A stretch of 64,000 nucleotides of DNA from Acidimicrobiales bacterium (GTDB taxonomy: Bacteria > Actinomycetota > Acidimicrobiia > Acidimicrobiales > VFJN01), in contig DATCLS010000102.1 of NCBI GenBank assembly GCA_036563805.1, positions 67,903 to 131,902 of the forward strand, read 5' to 3'. The notes below the pieces were generated by a model that saw only the letters and a list, made by a program, of their open reading frames with translations, was not told the origin of the DNA and did no database searches. Every line of letters starts with the position of its first letter. The first letter of the stretch is position 1. The translations under genes and the position numbers were made by a program. Below are positions 32,196-41,342 of this stretch, piece by piece.

Positions 32196-32966
32196 TCAGG
32201 CGTTCTCCCGGAACCAGGCCCGCAGCACGCCCCGGTAGGCGGCGTCGTAGCGGTCGTACTCCCGGCGCAGCGCGGCGCCGGGCCAGTCCGCCGGCAGCAG
32301 CTCGGCCGGGAGCAGCGGGTCGGCCTGGAAGTGGCGGAGCACGTCGGCGCTGAGCACGAACCCCTCGGCCAGGCAGCCGCGGTCCCCCGCCTCCAGCGGG
32401 CCCACGAGCGCGCCCATGCGCCGGCGCAGCTCGCCGGCCCGCGCCGCCCAGGCGTCGAGGTCCCACAGCTCGGCGGCCAGCGCCGCCGGGTCGCCGTCGG
32501 GCACCGACCGGAACCAGCGCACCTCCTCCCCCACGGCCGGCACGGCGTCGTCGCCCAGGTTGTCGGGCCGCAGCCACACCCCCTCGCGCAGCTCGGCCAG
32601 GCGGGCGCCCGCCAGCGCCGTCCGCAGCGCCGAGCGGTCGGCCGCCGCCCGCCGCCCGGCCGCCACGATCACCGCCTGGAGCCACCGACCGTCGGTCCAG
32701 GGCCGGGTCCGGGCCTCCCGGCTGGCCGCCTGGCGGGCCTGGCGGGCCAGCAGCCGGTCGGACGCCAGCTCGTACCAGCCGTCCTGCGCCCGCACCTCGC
32801 CAGCCGCCGCCATGCGGGACAGCGCCGTGCGGGTGGTGCCCTCGGCCAGCCCGAACAGCTCGGTCGTGCGGACCAGCAGCCGCACCGGCAGCCGGGGCGG
32901 GTCGGTGCCGAGCAGCACCGACAGCAGCACCGACCGGGCGGTGAGGGTGTTACGTGATGGCGACAT
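32196..32966 (-). CDS. PaaX-family transcriptional regulator
   Basis: 256 aa. The N-terminal wHTH reads LTARSVLLSVLLG...TALSRMAAAGEV, followed by a PaaX-like C-terminal domain (LRPDNLG, WDLDAWAARA). Confidence 0.75.
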   Translation of the reverse strand: MSPSRNTLTARSVLLSVLLGTDPPRLPVRLLVRTTELFGLAEGTTRTALSRMAAAGEVRAQDGWYELASDRLLARQARQAASREARTRPWTDGRWLQAVIVAAGRRAAADRSALRTALAGARLAELREGVWLRPDNLGDDAVPAVGEEVRWFRSVPDGDPAALAAELWDLDAWAARAGELRRRMGALVGPLEAGDRGCLAEGFVLSADVLRHFQADPLLPAELLPADWPGAALRREYDRYDAAYRGVLRAWFRENA

Positions 32967-33002
32967 GTGCAGAGAAACTGTATTATCGAGAGCGTGGGTG
33001 CG

Positions 33003-34073
33003 ATGATCGCCAAGTCCGCCGAAACCGACAGGACCGACGGAACCGACGCGACCGTGACGACGGCGGCGGCCGCGGGCGGGGCCACCGCCCGGCGGACCAT
33101 GGCCCGGCGCAACATGGTGCCCCCGCCCGAGCTGCTGCCGGACGTGCTGCCCACCGACCGGCTGACGGCGACCGGCATGCCGGTGCCGACACTACGGGCC
33201 GAGCTGCGGCGCATCGACGACCGCCGCAACGTCGGCAGCGTGCTGCTCGCCTGGGGCCAGGCGGCGGCGACGATCGGCCTGGCGGCGTGGCTCGCCCACC
33301 CGCTGGCCTACGCGGCGGCGGTCGTGCTCATGGGCCCGGCCTTCGCCCGCTTCGCCATCCTCGCCCACGAGGCCGCCCACAAGCTGCTGTTCACCAACAA
33401 GCGGGCCAACGACCTCGTTGGCCGGTGGCTGCTGGCCTACCCGGCGTTCGTGCCGTTCGAGGCCTACCGGCGCAGCCACTTCGCCCACCACAAGGAGGAG
33501 TTCGGGCCGAACGAGCCCGACCTCAACCTCTACACCGGCTACCCGGTGACCAGGGCGAGCCTCCGGCGGAAGCTGATCCGCGACGCAGTCGGCATCTCGG
33601 GCTGGAAGAACCTGCGGCCGCTGCTGCGGGCGCTGCTCTCCCGGTCGTCGCGGCCGTTCGCCGCCCGCATCGTCGCCGCCCAGGTCGTGCTGCTGGGCCT
33701 GTTCACCGCGGCCGGCCGGCCCGAGCTCTACCCGCTGCTGTGGCTGCTGCCATGGATGACGTCGTGGCGCGTCCTCAACCGCCTGCGGGCCATCGCCGAG
33801 CACGGCGGCATGGAGCGCAGCCCCGACCGGCGGCGCACCACCCACCACGTCCGCCAGTCCCGGCTGGCCAGCTTCTGGCTCGTCCCCTACAACACCGGCT
33901 GGCACCTCGCCCACCACGTCGACATGGGCGTCCCGTGGCGGAACCTGCCCAAGCTCCACGCCGAGCTCGTGGCCGCCGGCTGGATCGTGCCGGAGCTGGA
34001 GTACCCGAGCTACCGTGCGCTGTGGGGTGCGCTGGCGTCCCGCGTAGAGTCGGAGGTCGCGACCGCTCCCTGA
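33003..34073 (+). CDS. Membrane fatty-acid desaturase family protein
   Basis: Three His boxes are present: HEAAHKLLF, HFAHHKEEF and HLAHHVDMG, with hydrophobic segments between them. Start ATG 33003 was chosen; GTG 32967 or 32994 are possible. Confidence 0.8.
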   Translation: MIAKSAETDRTDGTDATVTTAAAAGGATARRTMARRNMVPPPELLPDVLPTDRLTATGMPVPTLRAELRRIDDRRNVGSVLLAWGQAAATIGLAAWLAHPLAYAAAVVLMGPAFARFAILAHEAAHKLLFTNKRANDLVGRWLLAYPAFVPFEAYRRSHFAHHKEEFGPNEPDLNLYTGYPVTRASLRRKLIRDAVGISGWKNLRPLLRALLSRSSRPFAARIVAAQVVLLGLFTAAGRPELYPLLWLLPWMTSWRVLNRLRAIAEHGGMERSPDRRRTTHHVRQSRLASFWLVPYNTGWHLAHHVDMGVPWRNLPKLHAELVAAGWIVPELEYPSYRALWGALASRVESEVATAP

Positions 34074-34180
34074 AGCCCACCGGTCGACGACCGCCGAGGA
34101 TCACGATGACGATCGCCCCCGACAACGTCGAGCCCGCCCCCGTCGCCCGGACCGACCGCGAGGGCTGCTGAGGCGGGATC

Positions 34181-34618
34181 GTGGAGGTCCACGACGAGGT
34201 CAGCGTGCGGCTGGCCGCCGCGGGGCACCGGTACACCGCCGGGCGCCGCACGCTGGTCGACGTGCTCGCCGCCAGCGGGCGCCCGCTGACCGTCCCGGAG
34301 ATCATCCGGAGCGTCGGCGCCCAGGGCCTGCCCCAGAGCTCCGCCTACCGCAACCTGACCGTGCTGGTCGACGCCGGCGTCGTCCGCCGGGTGGCCGGCG
34401 GCCCCGGCCACGACCGGTTCGAGCTGGCGGAGGACCTGTCCGGACACCACCACCACCTGCTGTGCACGTCGTGCGGCGTGGTGGCCGACGTCCCGACGTC
34501 GCCCCGGCTCGAGCGGGCGGTGGCCGAGGCGGCCAAGCTGGCGTCGGCCGAGTCGGGGTTCGAGGTCGCGGGCCACCGCATCGACCTGGTCGGCCTGTGC
34601 GGCACCTGCCGGGGCTGA
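34181..34618 (+). CDS. Fur-family metalloregulator
   Basis: 145 aa with a wHTH (RPLTVPEIIRSV...SSAYRNLTVLVDAGVV), an HHHHLLCTSCG motif and a C-terminal CGTC. Confidence 0.85.
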   Translation: MEVHDEVSVRLAAAGHRYTAGRRTLVDVLAASGRPLTVPEIIRSVGAQGLPQSSAYRNLTVLVDAGVVRRVAGGPGHDRFELAEDLSGHHHHLLCTSCGVVADVPTSPRLERAVAEAAKLASAESGFEVAGHRIDLVGLCGTCRG

Positions 34619-34712
34619 CCCGGCCGCCGACCGGTCGCTGACGCGGCGCCGACCGCCACTCCCCGTGGGGGTTACTTCCGGTTACCGTGTCGGGCGAGGG
34701 GAGGCTCGATCG

Positions 34713-35909
34713 ATGGCACACTCGTCCCGCAGGCGGTGGCTGGCCGTGGCGCTCGCACTGGCGGCGTTCGGGGCCGCGGCGTGCTCCTCCGGGTCCGATT
34801 CGGGCGGCGACCAGGCGGCCGACTCCGACGGCGCGCGTGCAGACCGCGCGGAGGCCGCGCCCGTCCCCGAGGCCGCCCGGGGCGCCGTCTACCCGGGCGA
34901 CGCGTGGGAGCGCGGCGACGCGGCCGAGGCCGGCTTCGACCCGGCCCGCCTCGAGGCGCTGGCGGCCGAGGCCGAGGCCGCCGACTCGAACTGCCTGGTG
35001 GTGGCGCGGGACGGGCGCATCGTCGCCGACTGGTACTGGAACGGCACCGAGCGCGAGACGGTGCAGGAGGTCTTCTCGACCACCAAGTCGATCACCAGCA
35101 CGCTCGTCGGCATCGCCCAAGCCGACGGCGCCCTCGACATCACCGACCCGGCTGCGGAGTACATCCCCGAGTGGGCCGACGGGCCGGCGTCGACCGTCAC
35201 CGTCGAGAACCTGCTGAGCAACGACTCCGGCCGGTTCTGGACCTTGGCCAACGACTACGTGACCCTGATCCAGACCGCCGACCGCACCGCGTTCGCCATC
35301 GGCCTCGAGCAGAGCCACGAGCCGGGCGAGGTGTGGGTGTACAACAACGCCGCCATCCAGACGCTCGACGCCGTGCTGGAGGAGGCGACCGGCGTCGACC
35401 CCGCCGAGTTCGCCGAGGAGCGCCTGTTCGCGCCGACCGGCATGCGGCACACCGCCATGTCGCACGACAACGCCGGCAACACCAACACGTTCTTCGGCCT
35501 CCAGACGACGTGCGAGGACATGGTCCGGTTCGGCTACCTGTTCCTGCGGCGCGGGCACTGGGACGGGACGCAGGTCGTGCCCGAGGAGTGGGTGGAGGCC
35601 GCCACCGGAAGGCCGTCGCAGGACATCAACGAGGCCTACGGCTACCTGTGGTGGCTCAACCGCCCGGCCGCGGCGTCCAACCCGGCCGAGTCGCTCCCCC
35701 GACAGGAGGCGGCCGAGGCGCCGGTCCGCCAGACGGCGCCCGAGGCCTCCGAGGACATGTTCTGGGCCCTCGGCCTCGGCGGCCAGGTCGTCCAGGTCGA
35801 CCCGGCGACCGAGACCGTCGTCGTGCGCTTGGGGCCCGGCAACCCGACCGCCCAGTTCGGCTCGGCGCAGACCGCCCGGGTCGTGACCGAGGCGCTCGTC
35901 GAGCCCTGA
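34713..35909 (+). CDS. Beta-lactamase-fold serine hydrolase, lipoprotein
   Basis: 398 aa from ATG 34713 with lipobox LALAAFGAAACSSG. It has SxxK (FSTTKS) and YxN (VYNNAA) motifs. Confidence 0.8.
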   Translation: MAHSSRRRWLAVALALAAFGAAACSSGSDSGGDQAADSDGARADRAEAAPVPEAARGAVYPGDAWERGDAAEAGFDPARLEALAAEAEAADSNCLVVARDGRIVADWYWNGTERETVQEVFSTTKSITSTLVGIAQADGALDITDPAAEYIPEWADGPASTVTVENLLSNDSGRFWTLANDYVTLIQTADRTAFAIGLEQSHEPGEVWVYNNAAIQTLDAVLEEATGVDPAEFAEERLFAPTGMRHTAMSHDNAGNTNTFFGLQTTCEDMVRFGYLFLRRGHWDGTQVVPEEWVEAATGRPSQDINEAYGYLWWLNRPAAASNPAESLPRQEAAEAPVRQTAPEASEDMFWALGLGGQVVQVDPATETVVVRLGPGNPTAQFGSAQTARVVTEALVEP

Positions 35910-36094
35910 GCCGGCGACGGGCCCCACGGGCCGCGCCGCGGCCGGATCGCCTCGCGGCGACGCCCGGGGTCGACCGACGGCGTCGGCGGGCGACCCGACG
36001 AGCAAGAACCGAACCGTCCGTGAAAGATCTGTACGTTGGGGGAACGGCCGGTGCGCCATACTGGCGACTATGCGAGGCGAAGGAGGCACGAAGC

Positions 36095-36973
36095 GTGAGC
36101 GATGACCGGCGCGGACCGACCAGCGGCGGCGTCGCCGACGTGCCCCAGACCCGCGAGGCCGTCGACGCCCGACCGGTCGAGATCGACGGCAGCACCGCCC
36201 GCCCCGCCCGGGTCTACGACTACGTGGCGGGTGGCCGGGACAACTTCTCGGCCGACCGCCGGGTCGCCGAGCACGCCGCGGCGGCTTACGGCGAGGTCGG
36301 CCTCGACCTCGCCAAGGAGGCCGTGAAGGCCGACCGCGAGTTCCTCGTCCGCGCCGTCCGCTACCTGGTGGCCGAAGCCGGCATCCGCCAGATCCTCGAC
36401 ATCGGCACCGGCATCCCCCACCAGGACAACCTCCACGAGATCGCCCAACGCCTCGCCCCCGAGTCGCGGGTCGTCTACGTCGACGACGACGCCGTCGTGC
36501 TGGCGCACGCCCATCGGCTGCGGCGGAGCACGCCCCAGGGCCGCACGGCCTACATCGACGCCGACCTGCGCCAGCCCGACAAGGTGCTGGGCCGGGTGCC
36601 CGAGACGCTCGACCTGGCCCAGCCGGTCGCCGTCACGCTGTTCGGCACCCTGCACCACGTGTGCGACGAGGACGGCCCCCACGAGCTGGTGCGCCGGTTC
36701 GTCGACGCCGTGCCGTCGGGCAGCTACCTGGCGCTCTCGCACATCACCAACGACGTCCTCACCGAGGCGGTCGACGAGGCGGCCCGGCGCATCAACGAGA
36801 CCGGCACCGGCTTCCGGCTCCGGGTGCGCGGCCGGGCTGACGTCCTGCGGTTCTTCGACGGGCTCGAGCTGGTCGAGCCCGGGCTGGTGACGCCCGACGA
36901 GTGGCGCCACGACGACCCGCCCGCGCGCGACTGGGAGGTGCCCTACTACGTGGGCGTCGGCCGCAAGCCTTAG
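36095..36973 (+). CDS. SAM-dependent methyltransferase (actinobacterial DUF574-type)
   Basis: GTG 36095 lies 8 nt after AGGAGG. The hallmarks are YDYVAGGRDNFSADR and ILDIGTGIP. Confidence 0.7.
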   Translation: MSDDRRGPTSGGVADVPQTREAVDARPVEIDGSTARPARVYDYVAGGRDNFSADRRVAEHAAAAYGEVGLDLAKEAVKADREFLVRAVRYLVAEAGIRQILDIGTGIPHQDNLHEIAQRLAPESRVVYVDDDAVVLAHAHRLRRSTPQGRTAYIDADLRQPDKVLGRVPETLDLAQPVAVTLFGTLHHVCDEDGPHELVRRFVDAVPSGSYLALSHITNDVLTEAVDEAARRINETGTGFRLRVRGRADVLRFFDGLELVEPGLVTPDEWRHDDPPARDWEVPYYVGVGRKP

Positions 36974-37063
36974 GGCGCGACCCACTCGCGCGCAGCGTGA
37001 CTTGGGGGTTGGCCGGCCCGACGACGTAGCGTCTACGGACGGTGACGCTGGGGAGGCCGGGGA

Positions 37064-37927
37064 ATGATCAGCCCCTACGTACGTCGCATGCGGCTGGCTG
37101 CCGAGCTGAAGGCTGCGCGCGTGGACGCAGGACTGACGCACAAGCAGTTGGCGAAGATGATCGGCCAGAGCCGGGCGCAGATCTCCCGGCTCGAGAACGG
37201 CCACACCGTCGACCTGGGCGACGTCATGCAGATCCTGGACGCGCTCGGCATCGACGGCGACGACTGGATCCGCATGGTGACGATCGCCCGCGACGCGGCC
37301 ACGCGCGGCTGGTGGGACTCGAACAAGGCCATGGGCCCGCGCCAGGCCCTGCTGGCCGACCTGGAGGCCGGGGCGGCGACGATCCGCGAGTTCCAGCCCA
37401 CGTTCGTCCCCGGGCTGCTGCAGACGCCGCAGTTCACCCACGCCCGGGTCGAGGCCGAGCGGCTGGCCGGCCAGACCGCGTCGGTGCCGGCCAAGGAGGT
37501 CGAGGCGTGCAGCGGTCGCCAGCGGATGCTGCGCCGGCCGGGCGGGCCGACCTACGAGGTGATCCTCGACGAGGTGGCGGTGCGACGCCTGGCCGCCCCG
37601 CCCGAGGTGGTCAAGGCGCAGCTCTACCACGTGGCCGCCGTGCTCAACCGCTACCCCAAGTTCAGCCTGCGGGTGCTGCCGGTCGACGCCGTCGTGCCGA
37701 CCTACAACATGCCGCGCACGGCGTTCTCGCTGTACACGTTCCCCGACCCCGACGACCCTGACGTGGTCGTCGTCGACGTCGCCACCGACCACTTCGTGCT
37801 CAGCGACGTCGACGACGTCAAGCGCTACGACGAGCTGTACGGCCAGCTGCGCGACGCGGCCTGGGACGAGGACACCAGCGTCGACTACCTGATCGAGGTC
37901 GCCGCCGAGCAGGACGAGCCCGGCTGA
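37064..37927 (+). CDS. XRE-family HTH regulator with DUF5753-like C-terminal domain
   Basis: The HTH reads LTHKQLAKMIGQSRAQISRLENG. The C-terminal domain has FQPTFVPGLLQTPQF. Confidence 0.8.
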   Translation: MISPYVRRMRLAAELKAARVDAGLTHKQLAKMIGQSRAQISRLENGHTVDLGDVMQILDALGIDGDDWIRMVTIARDAATRGWWDSNKAMGPRQALLADLEAGAATIREFQPTFVPGLLQTPQFTHARVEAERLAGQTASVPAKEVEACSGRQRMLRRPGGPTYEVILDEVAVRRLAAPPEVVKAQLYHVAAVLNRYPKFSLRVLPVDAVVPTYNMPRTAFSLYTFPDPDDPDVVVVDVATDHFVLSDVDDVKRYDELYGQLRDAAWDEDTSVDYLIEVAAEQDEPG

Positions 37928-38038
37928 CCGGGCCCGCCGGGCCGGTGCGCTCGGCAGTGCCCACCGGCTGCGGGCCCACCGGGTGCACCGATCCCGCCTC
38001 CGGTGGGCCCGCCGGAGGCGGTCCTGGCCGAGGCGGGC

Positions 38039-40009
38039 CTACCAGATGCGGACCCGGGCCTCGGGGGCGAGCCACATGCCGTCGCCCTCCCGCACCCCGA
38101 AGGCCTCGTGGAACTCGTCGAGGTTGCGCACGACGTTGGCCCGGAACTCGGGCGGCGAGTGCGGGTCGATGGCCAGCCGGCGGATCTGCTCCTCCTTGCG
38201 GGTCACCGTGCGCCACACCTGGGCCCAGCCGATGAACAGGCGCTGGCTGCCGGTCAGACCGTCGATCACCGGCGGCTCCTGCCCCTCGAGGCTCAGCAGG
38301 TACGCCTTGTGGGCGATCTGGATGCCGCCGAGGTCACCGATGTTCTCGCCGACGGTCAGGGCGCCGTTGACGTGGTGCCCCTCGAGGCCGGCCGGCTCGA
38401 AGCCGTCGTACTGCTCGATCAGCGCCCGGGCCCGCTCCTCGAACCGCTTGCGGTCCTCGTCGGTCCACCAGTCGGTGAGGTTGCCGTCGCCGTCGTAGCG
38501 GCTGCCCTGGTCGTCGAAGCCGTGGCCCAGCTCGTGGCCGATGACCGCCCCGATGCCGCCGAAGTTCACGGCGTCGTCGGCGTCGGGGTCGAAGAACGGC
38601 GGCCGCAGGATCGCCGCGGGGAAGACGATCTCGTTCATCCCCGGGTTGTAGTAGGCGTTGACCGTCTGCGGCGTCATGTGCCACTCGTCGCGGTCGATCG
38701 GCTTGCCGATCTTGGCCAGGTTGCGGTCGGACTCGAAGGCGGCGGCCCGACGCACGCTGCCCAACAGGTCGTGGCGGTCGATCTCGAGCGCCGAGTAGTC
38801 GCGCCAGCGGTCGGGGTAGCCGATCTTGGGCGTGAACTTGGCCAGCTTGGCCAGGGCCCGCTCCTTGGTCTCGGGCGACATCCAGTCGAGCTGCTCGATG
38901 TCGACCCGGTAGGCCTCGACCAGCCAGCCGACCAGCCGCTGCATGTGGGCCTTGTGCTCGGGCGGGAAGTGGCGGGCGACGTACAGTCGGCCCACCGCCT
39001 CGCCGAGCGCCTCCTCGATGACGCCGACGCCGCGCTTCCAGCGCTCCCGCAGCTCGGGGATGCCCGACAGCCGCGTGCCGTAGAAGGCGAAGTTGGCCTC
39101 GACGAACCGGGACGACAGGTACGGCGCCGCCGCATGCACGTGGTGGAACGTCAGCCACGCCTTCCAGTCCTCCAGCGGCAGCTCGGTCAGCAACCGGCCC
39201 GCGGCCTCGATGGCGTCGGGCTGGTGGACGATCACCTCGTCGAACGCCCCGGGCGGGGCGGCCAGCCCCTCCAGCCAGGCGTCCCAGTCGAAGCCCGGCG
39301 CCATCTCCTTCAGCTGGGCGCGGGTCCGCCGGTTGTGGGTCTTGAGGGCGTCGCGGCTGTCGACGGTCGTCCAGTGGCTCTTGGCCAGGGCCGTCTCCAG
39401 CGCCATGATCCGCTCGGCGGCGCCGGTCGGATCGGGCTCGTCGACCAGCCGCAGCATGGTGGCGACGTGCTCGACGTAGGCGGCGCGGGTCTCGGCGTGA
39501 GCGTCCTCGCGGTAGTAGGCCTCGTCGGGCAGCCCGAGCCCGCCCTGGACGAGGTTGACGATGTAGCGGGTGGCATCGTCGCCGTCGTTGTCGACGTACC
39601 AGTAGACCACGCTCCCGGTGCCGTGCCGCTGGAGCCTCCCCAGCAGGCGGAGGAACGCGCTCGTGTCGGCGACCGCACGGATCTCGGCCAGGTCGTCGGC
39701 CAGCGGCTCGGCGTCGCGCCGCTCGACCTCGTCCTCGTCCATGAACGCGGCCCACAGGTCGCCGACCTTGCGCTCGTCGCTACCGGGCGGGGCGTCGCCG
39801 GCCGCCGCCTCCTCGGCCAGCGCCCGCACGTCGCGCTCGGCCTGGTCGTGCAGCTCGTAGAACGCGCCGTGGGAGGCGCGGTCCGGCGGGATCTCGGTCT
39901 CGGCCAGCCACCGGCCGTTCACGTGGCGGAACAGGTCGTCCTGCGGGCGCACGTCGTCGGACAGCTCGTCGACGGCGATGCCGCTGCGGGTGCTGGCGCT
40001 CGTGGGCAT
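38039..40009 (-). CDS. M13-family zinc metallopeptidase (PepO/endothelin-converting-enzyme-like)
   Basis: 656 aa with HELGHGFD (HExxH), GENIGDLGG and a C-terminal W. Confidence 0.9.
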   Translation of the reverse strand: MPTSASTRSGIAVDELSDDVRPQDDLFRHVNGRWLAETEIPPDRASHGAFYELHDQAERDVRALAEEAAAGDAPPGSDERKVGDLWAAFMDEDEVERRDAEPLADDLAEIRAVADTSAFLRLLGRLQRHGTGSVVYWYVDNDGDDATRYIVNLVQGGLGLPDEAYYREDAHAETRAAYVEHVATMLRLVDEPDPTGAAERIMALETALAKSHWTTVDSRDALKTHNRRTRAQLKEMAPGFDWDAWLEGLAAPPGAFDEVIVHQPDAIEAAGRLLTELPLEDWKAWLTFHHVHAAAPYLSSRFVEANFAFYGTRLSGIPELRERWKRGVGVIEEALGEAVGRLYVARHFPPEHKAHMQRLVGWLVEAYRVDIEQLDWMSPETKERALAKLAKFTPKIGYPDRWRDYSALEIDRHDLLGSVRRAAAFESDRNLAKIGKPIDRDEWHMTPQTVNAYYNPGMNEIVFPAAILRPPFFDPDADDAVNFGGIGAVIGHELGHGFDDQGSRYDGDGNLTDWWTDEDRKRFEERARALIEQYDGFEPAGLEGHHVNGALTVGENIGDLGGIQIAHKAYLLSLEGQEPPVIDGLTGSQRLFIGWAQVWRTVTRKEEQIRRLAIDPHSPPEFRANVVRNLDEFHEAFGVREGDGMWLAPEARVRIW

Positions 40010-40039
40010 GGCGCCAGCGTAGAGGCGGGGACGCCCGTC

Positions 40040-41275
40040 TCAGGCTCGGAGCGCGGTGGGCCGCGCCCGAGCCTTCCGCTCGGCCCGCCTGCCCCGCTCG
40101 GGCCGCGGGACCGGCCGTGGCGGCGCCTGGCCGTTCCGCGGCGCCCGGCCGTTCCGTGCCGGCGCCGGCCGGGACCCCGGCCGCCGGACCGGGCGCGGGG
40201 CCGGCCCGGAGGCCGTGCCGGCGTCCCGACCGTTGGCCCGGGGCGACCCGTCCCGGGGCGGCCCCCCGCCGGTCGCTGGGCCCGGCGCCCGGTCGGCGCC
40301 TGCGGGCGGCTCGGGGCCGGGACCCAACCCCGTGTCGTCCCCGGGCGATTCCGGGCTCAGCGCGGTCTGGACGAGCCCGACGCCGGTCAGGACCAGCACA
40401 GCGCCCGCCAGCTGGGGCCCGGTCAGGACCTGGCCCAGCCACAGCCAGGCGACGGCCCCGGCCACGACCGGCTCGAGCATCCCGACGATGCCGGTGGTCG
40501 TCGGCGCCAGGTGCCGCAGGGCGGCGACGTCGAGCGTGTAAGGCAGGAGCGTGCCCAGGACCACGACCCAGGCCACGGCCGCCCACACGGGGACCGACAC
40601 GCCCGCGAGGCTGCCGAGCAGCGAGGCCGAGCGGGTCAGCACCGCCGGGTCGAACGACCACCACGGCTGGACGACGGCCCAGAACCCGGCGGCCACCACG
40701 AACATCCAGAACGACACCGACAGCGGGTCGTTCTGGGCCAGCGTCCGCTTGCCGAGCAGGTAGAACGTGGCCAGGCAGGCGGCGGCGGCCACCGCAGCCG
40801 CCACGCCGACCGGGTCGAGGCCGGTGTCGCGCCACACCTGGGCGACGAGCGCCAGGCCGGTCAGCGCCAGGCCCAGCGCCAGCCACACCCGGCGCGGGAC
40901 CAGCTCGCGCAGCACCGCCCGCGTGTAGACGGCGACCATCAGCGGGCTGGCGAACTCAAGCAGCAGGGCGATGCCCACCGGCAACCGGTCGATGGCGATG
41001 AAGTACAGCCACTGGATCAGGGCGGCGCCGCTGAGGCCGAGCGCCACCAGCGCCGGCAGGTCGCGCCGGTCGATGCGCAGGGCGGCCGGCCGGGTCAGGC
41101 CGAGCACGGCGAGCAGCCCGAGCGCCGAACCCGTGCACCGGAGCGCGGCGAGCCGGGCCGGCTCGATGCCCGCTGTGAGCACCACCTTGGCCACGCTGGC
41201 GCTCACACCGAACAGAGCCGCGCCGACCAGCACGTACGCGTAGCCGCGCGCGGGGGAGTAAGGGGTGTTACGCAC
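40040..41275 (-). CDS. EamA/DMT-family transporter with disordered C-terminal tail
   Basis: It has about 10 hydrophobic helices over ~300 aa, then a Pro/Arg/Gly-rich tail of ~110 aa. GTG start at 41275. Confidence 0.75.
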   Translation of the reverse strand: MRNTPYSPARGYAYVLVGAALFGVSASVAKVVLTAGIEPARLAALRCTGSALGLLAVLGLTRPAALRIDRRDLPALVALGLSGAALIQWLYFIAIDRLPVGIALLLEFASPLMVAVYTRAVLRELVPRRVWLALGLALTGLALVAQVWRDTGLDPVGVAAAVAAAACLATFYLLGKRTLAQNDPLSVSFWMFVVAAGFWAVVQPWWSFDPAVLTRSASLLGSLAGVSVPVWAAVAWVVVLGTLLPYTLDVAALRHLAPTTTGIVGMLEPVVAGAVAWLWLGQVLTGPQLAGAVLVLTGVGLVQTALSPESPGDDTGLGPGPEPPAGADRAPGPATGGGPPRDGSPRANGRDAGTASGPAPRPVRRPGSRPAPARNGRAPRNGQAPPRPVPRPERGRRAERKARARPTALRA

Positions 41276-41277
41276 TA

Positions 41278-41313
41278 GACTCCTGACACTACGGGCCCAG
41301 TATGTCAGGAGTC
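41278..41313. promoter_or_regulatory. 11-bp perfect inverted repeat GACTCCTGACA-N14-TGTCAGGAGTC
   Basis: The arms are 41278-41288 and 41303-41313. It lies immediately upstream of the EamA start, in the EamA/CGNR divergent region. Confidence 0.4.
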
Positions 41314-41342
41314 AATTGCGTTTAGACCATGACAGCGAGCAC

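Noticed and set aside
32944-32953. The shared 9-10-mer GGTGTTACG at the 5' ends of the PaaX gene (about 32945) and the EamA gene (about 41263).
   Set aside because: In both cases it is simply the reverse complement of codons for Arg-Asn-Thr near the N-terminus (MSPSRNT / MRNT). It is short and inside coding sequence, so it is most likely coincidence.
34106-34171. A 21-codon ORF (MTIAPDNVEPAPVARTDREGC) with a GAGGA upstream, just before the Fur-family gene.
   Set aside because: It has no recognisable features, ordinary GC-rich composition and nothing to suggest conservation. It cannot be distinguished from a chance ORF.
34713-35909. The beta-lactamase-fold protein as a SurE/PBP-type trans-acting offloading cyclase for the TE-less NRPS that ends in an E domain.
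   Set aside because: The idea is attractive on paper. However, the protein has a clear lipoprotein signal (AAACSSG), so it is probably exported. It is also ~7 kb and several transcription units away from the NRPS. It is kept only as a remote possibility.
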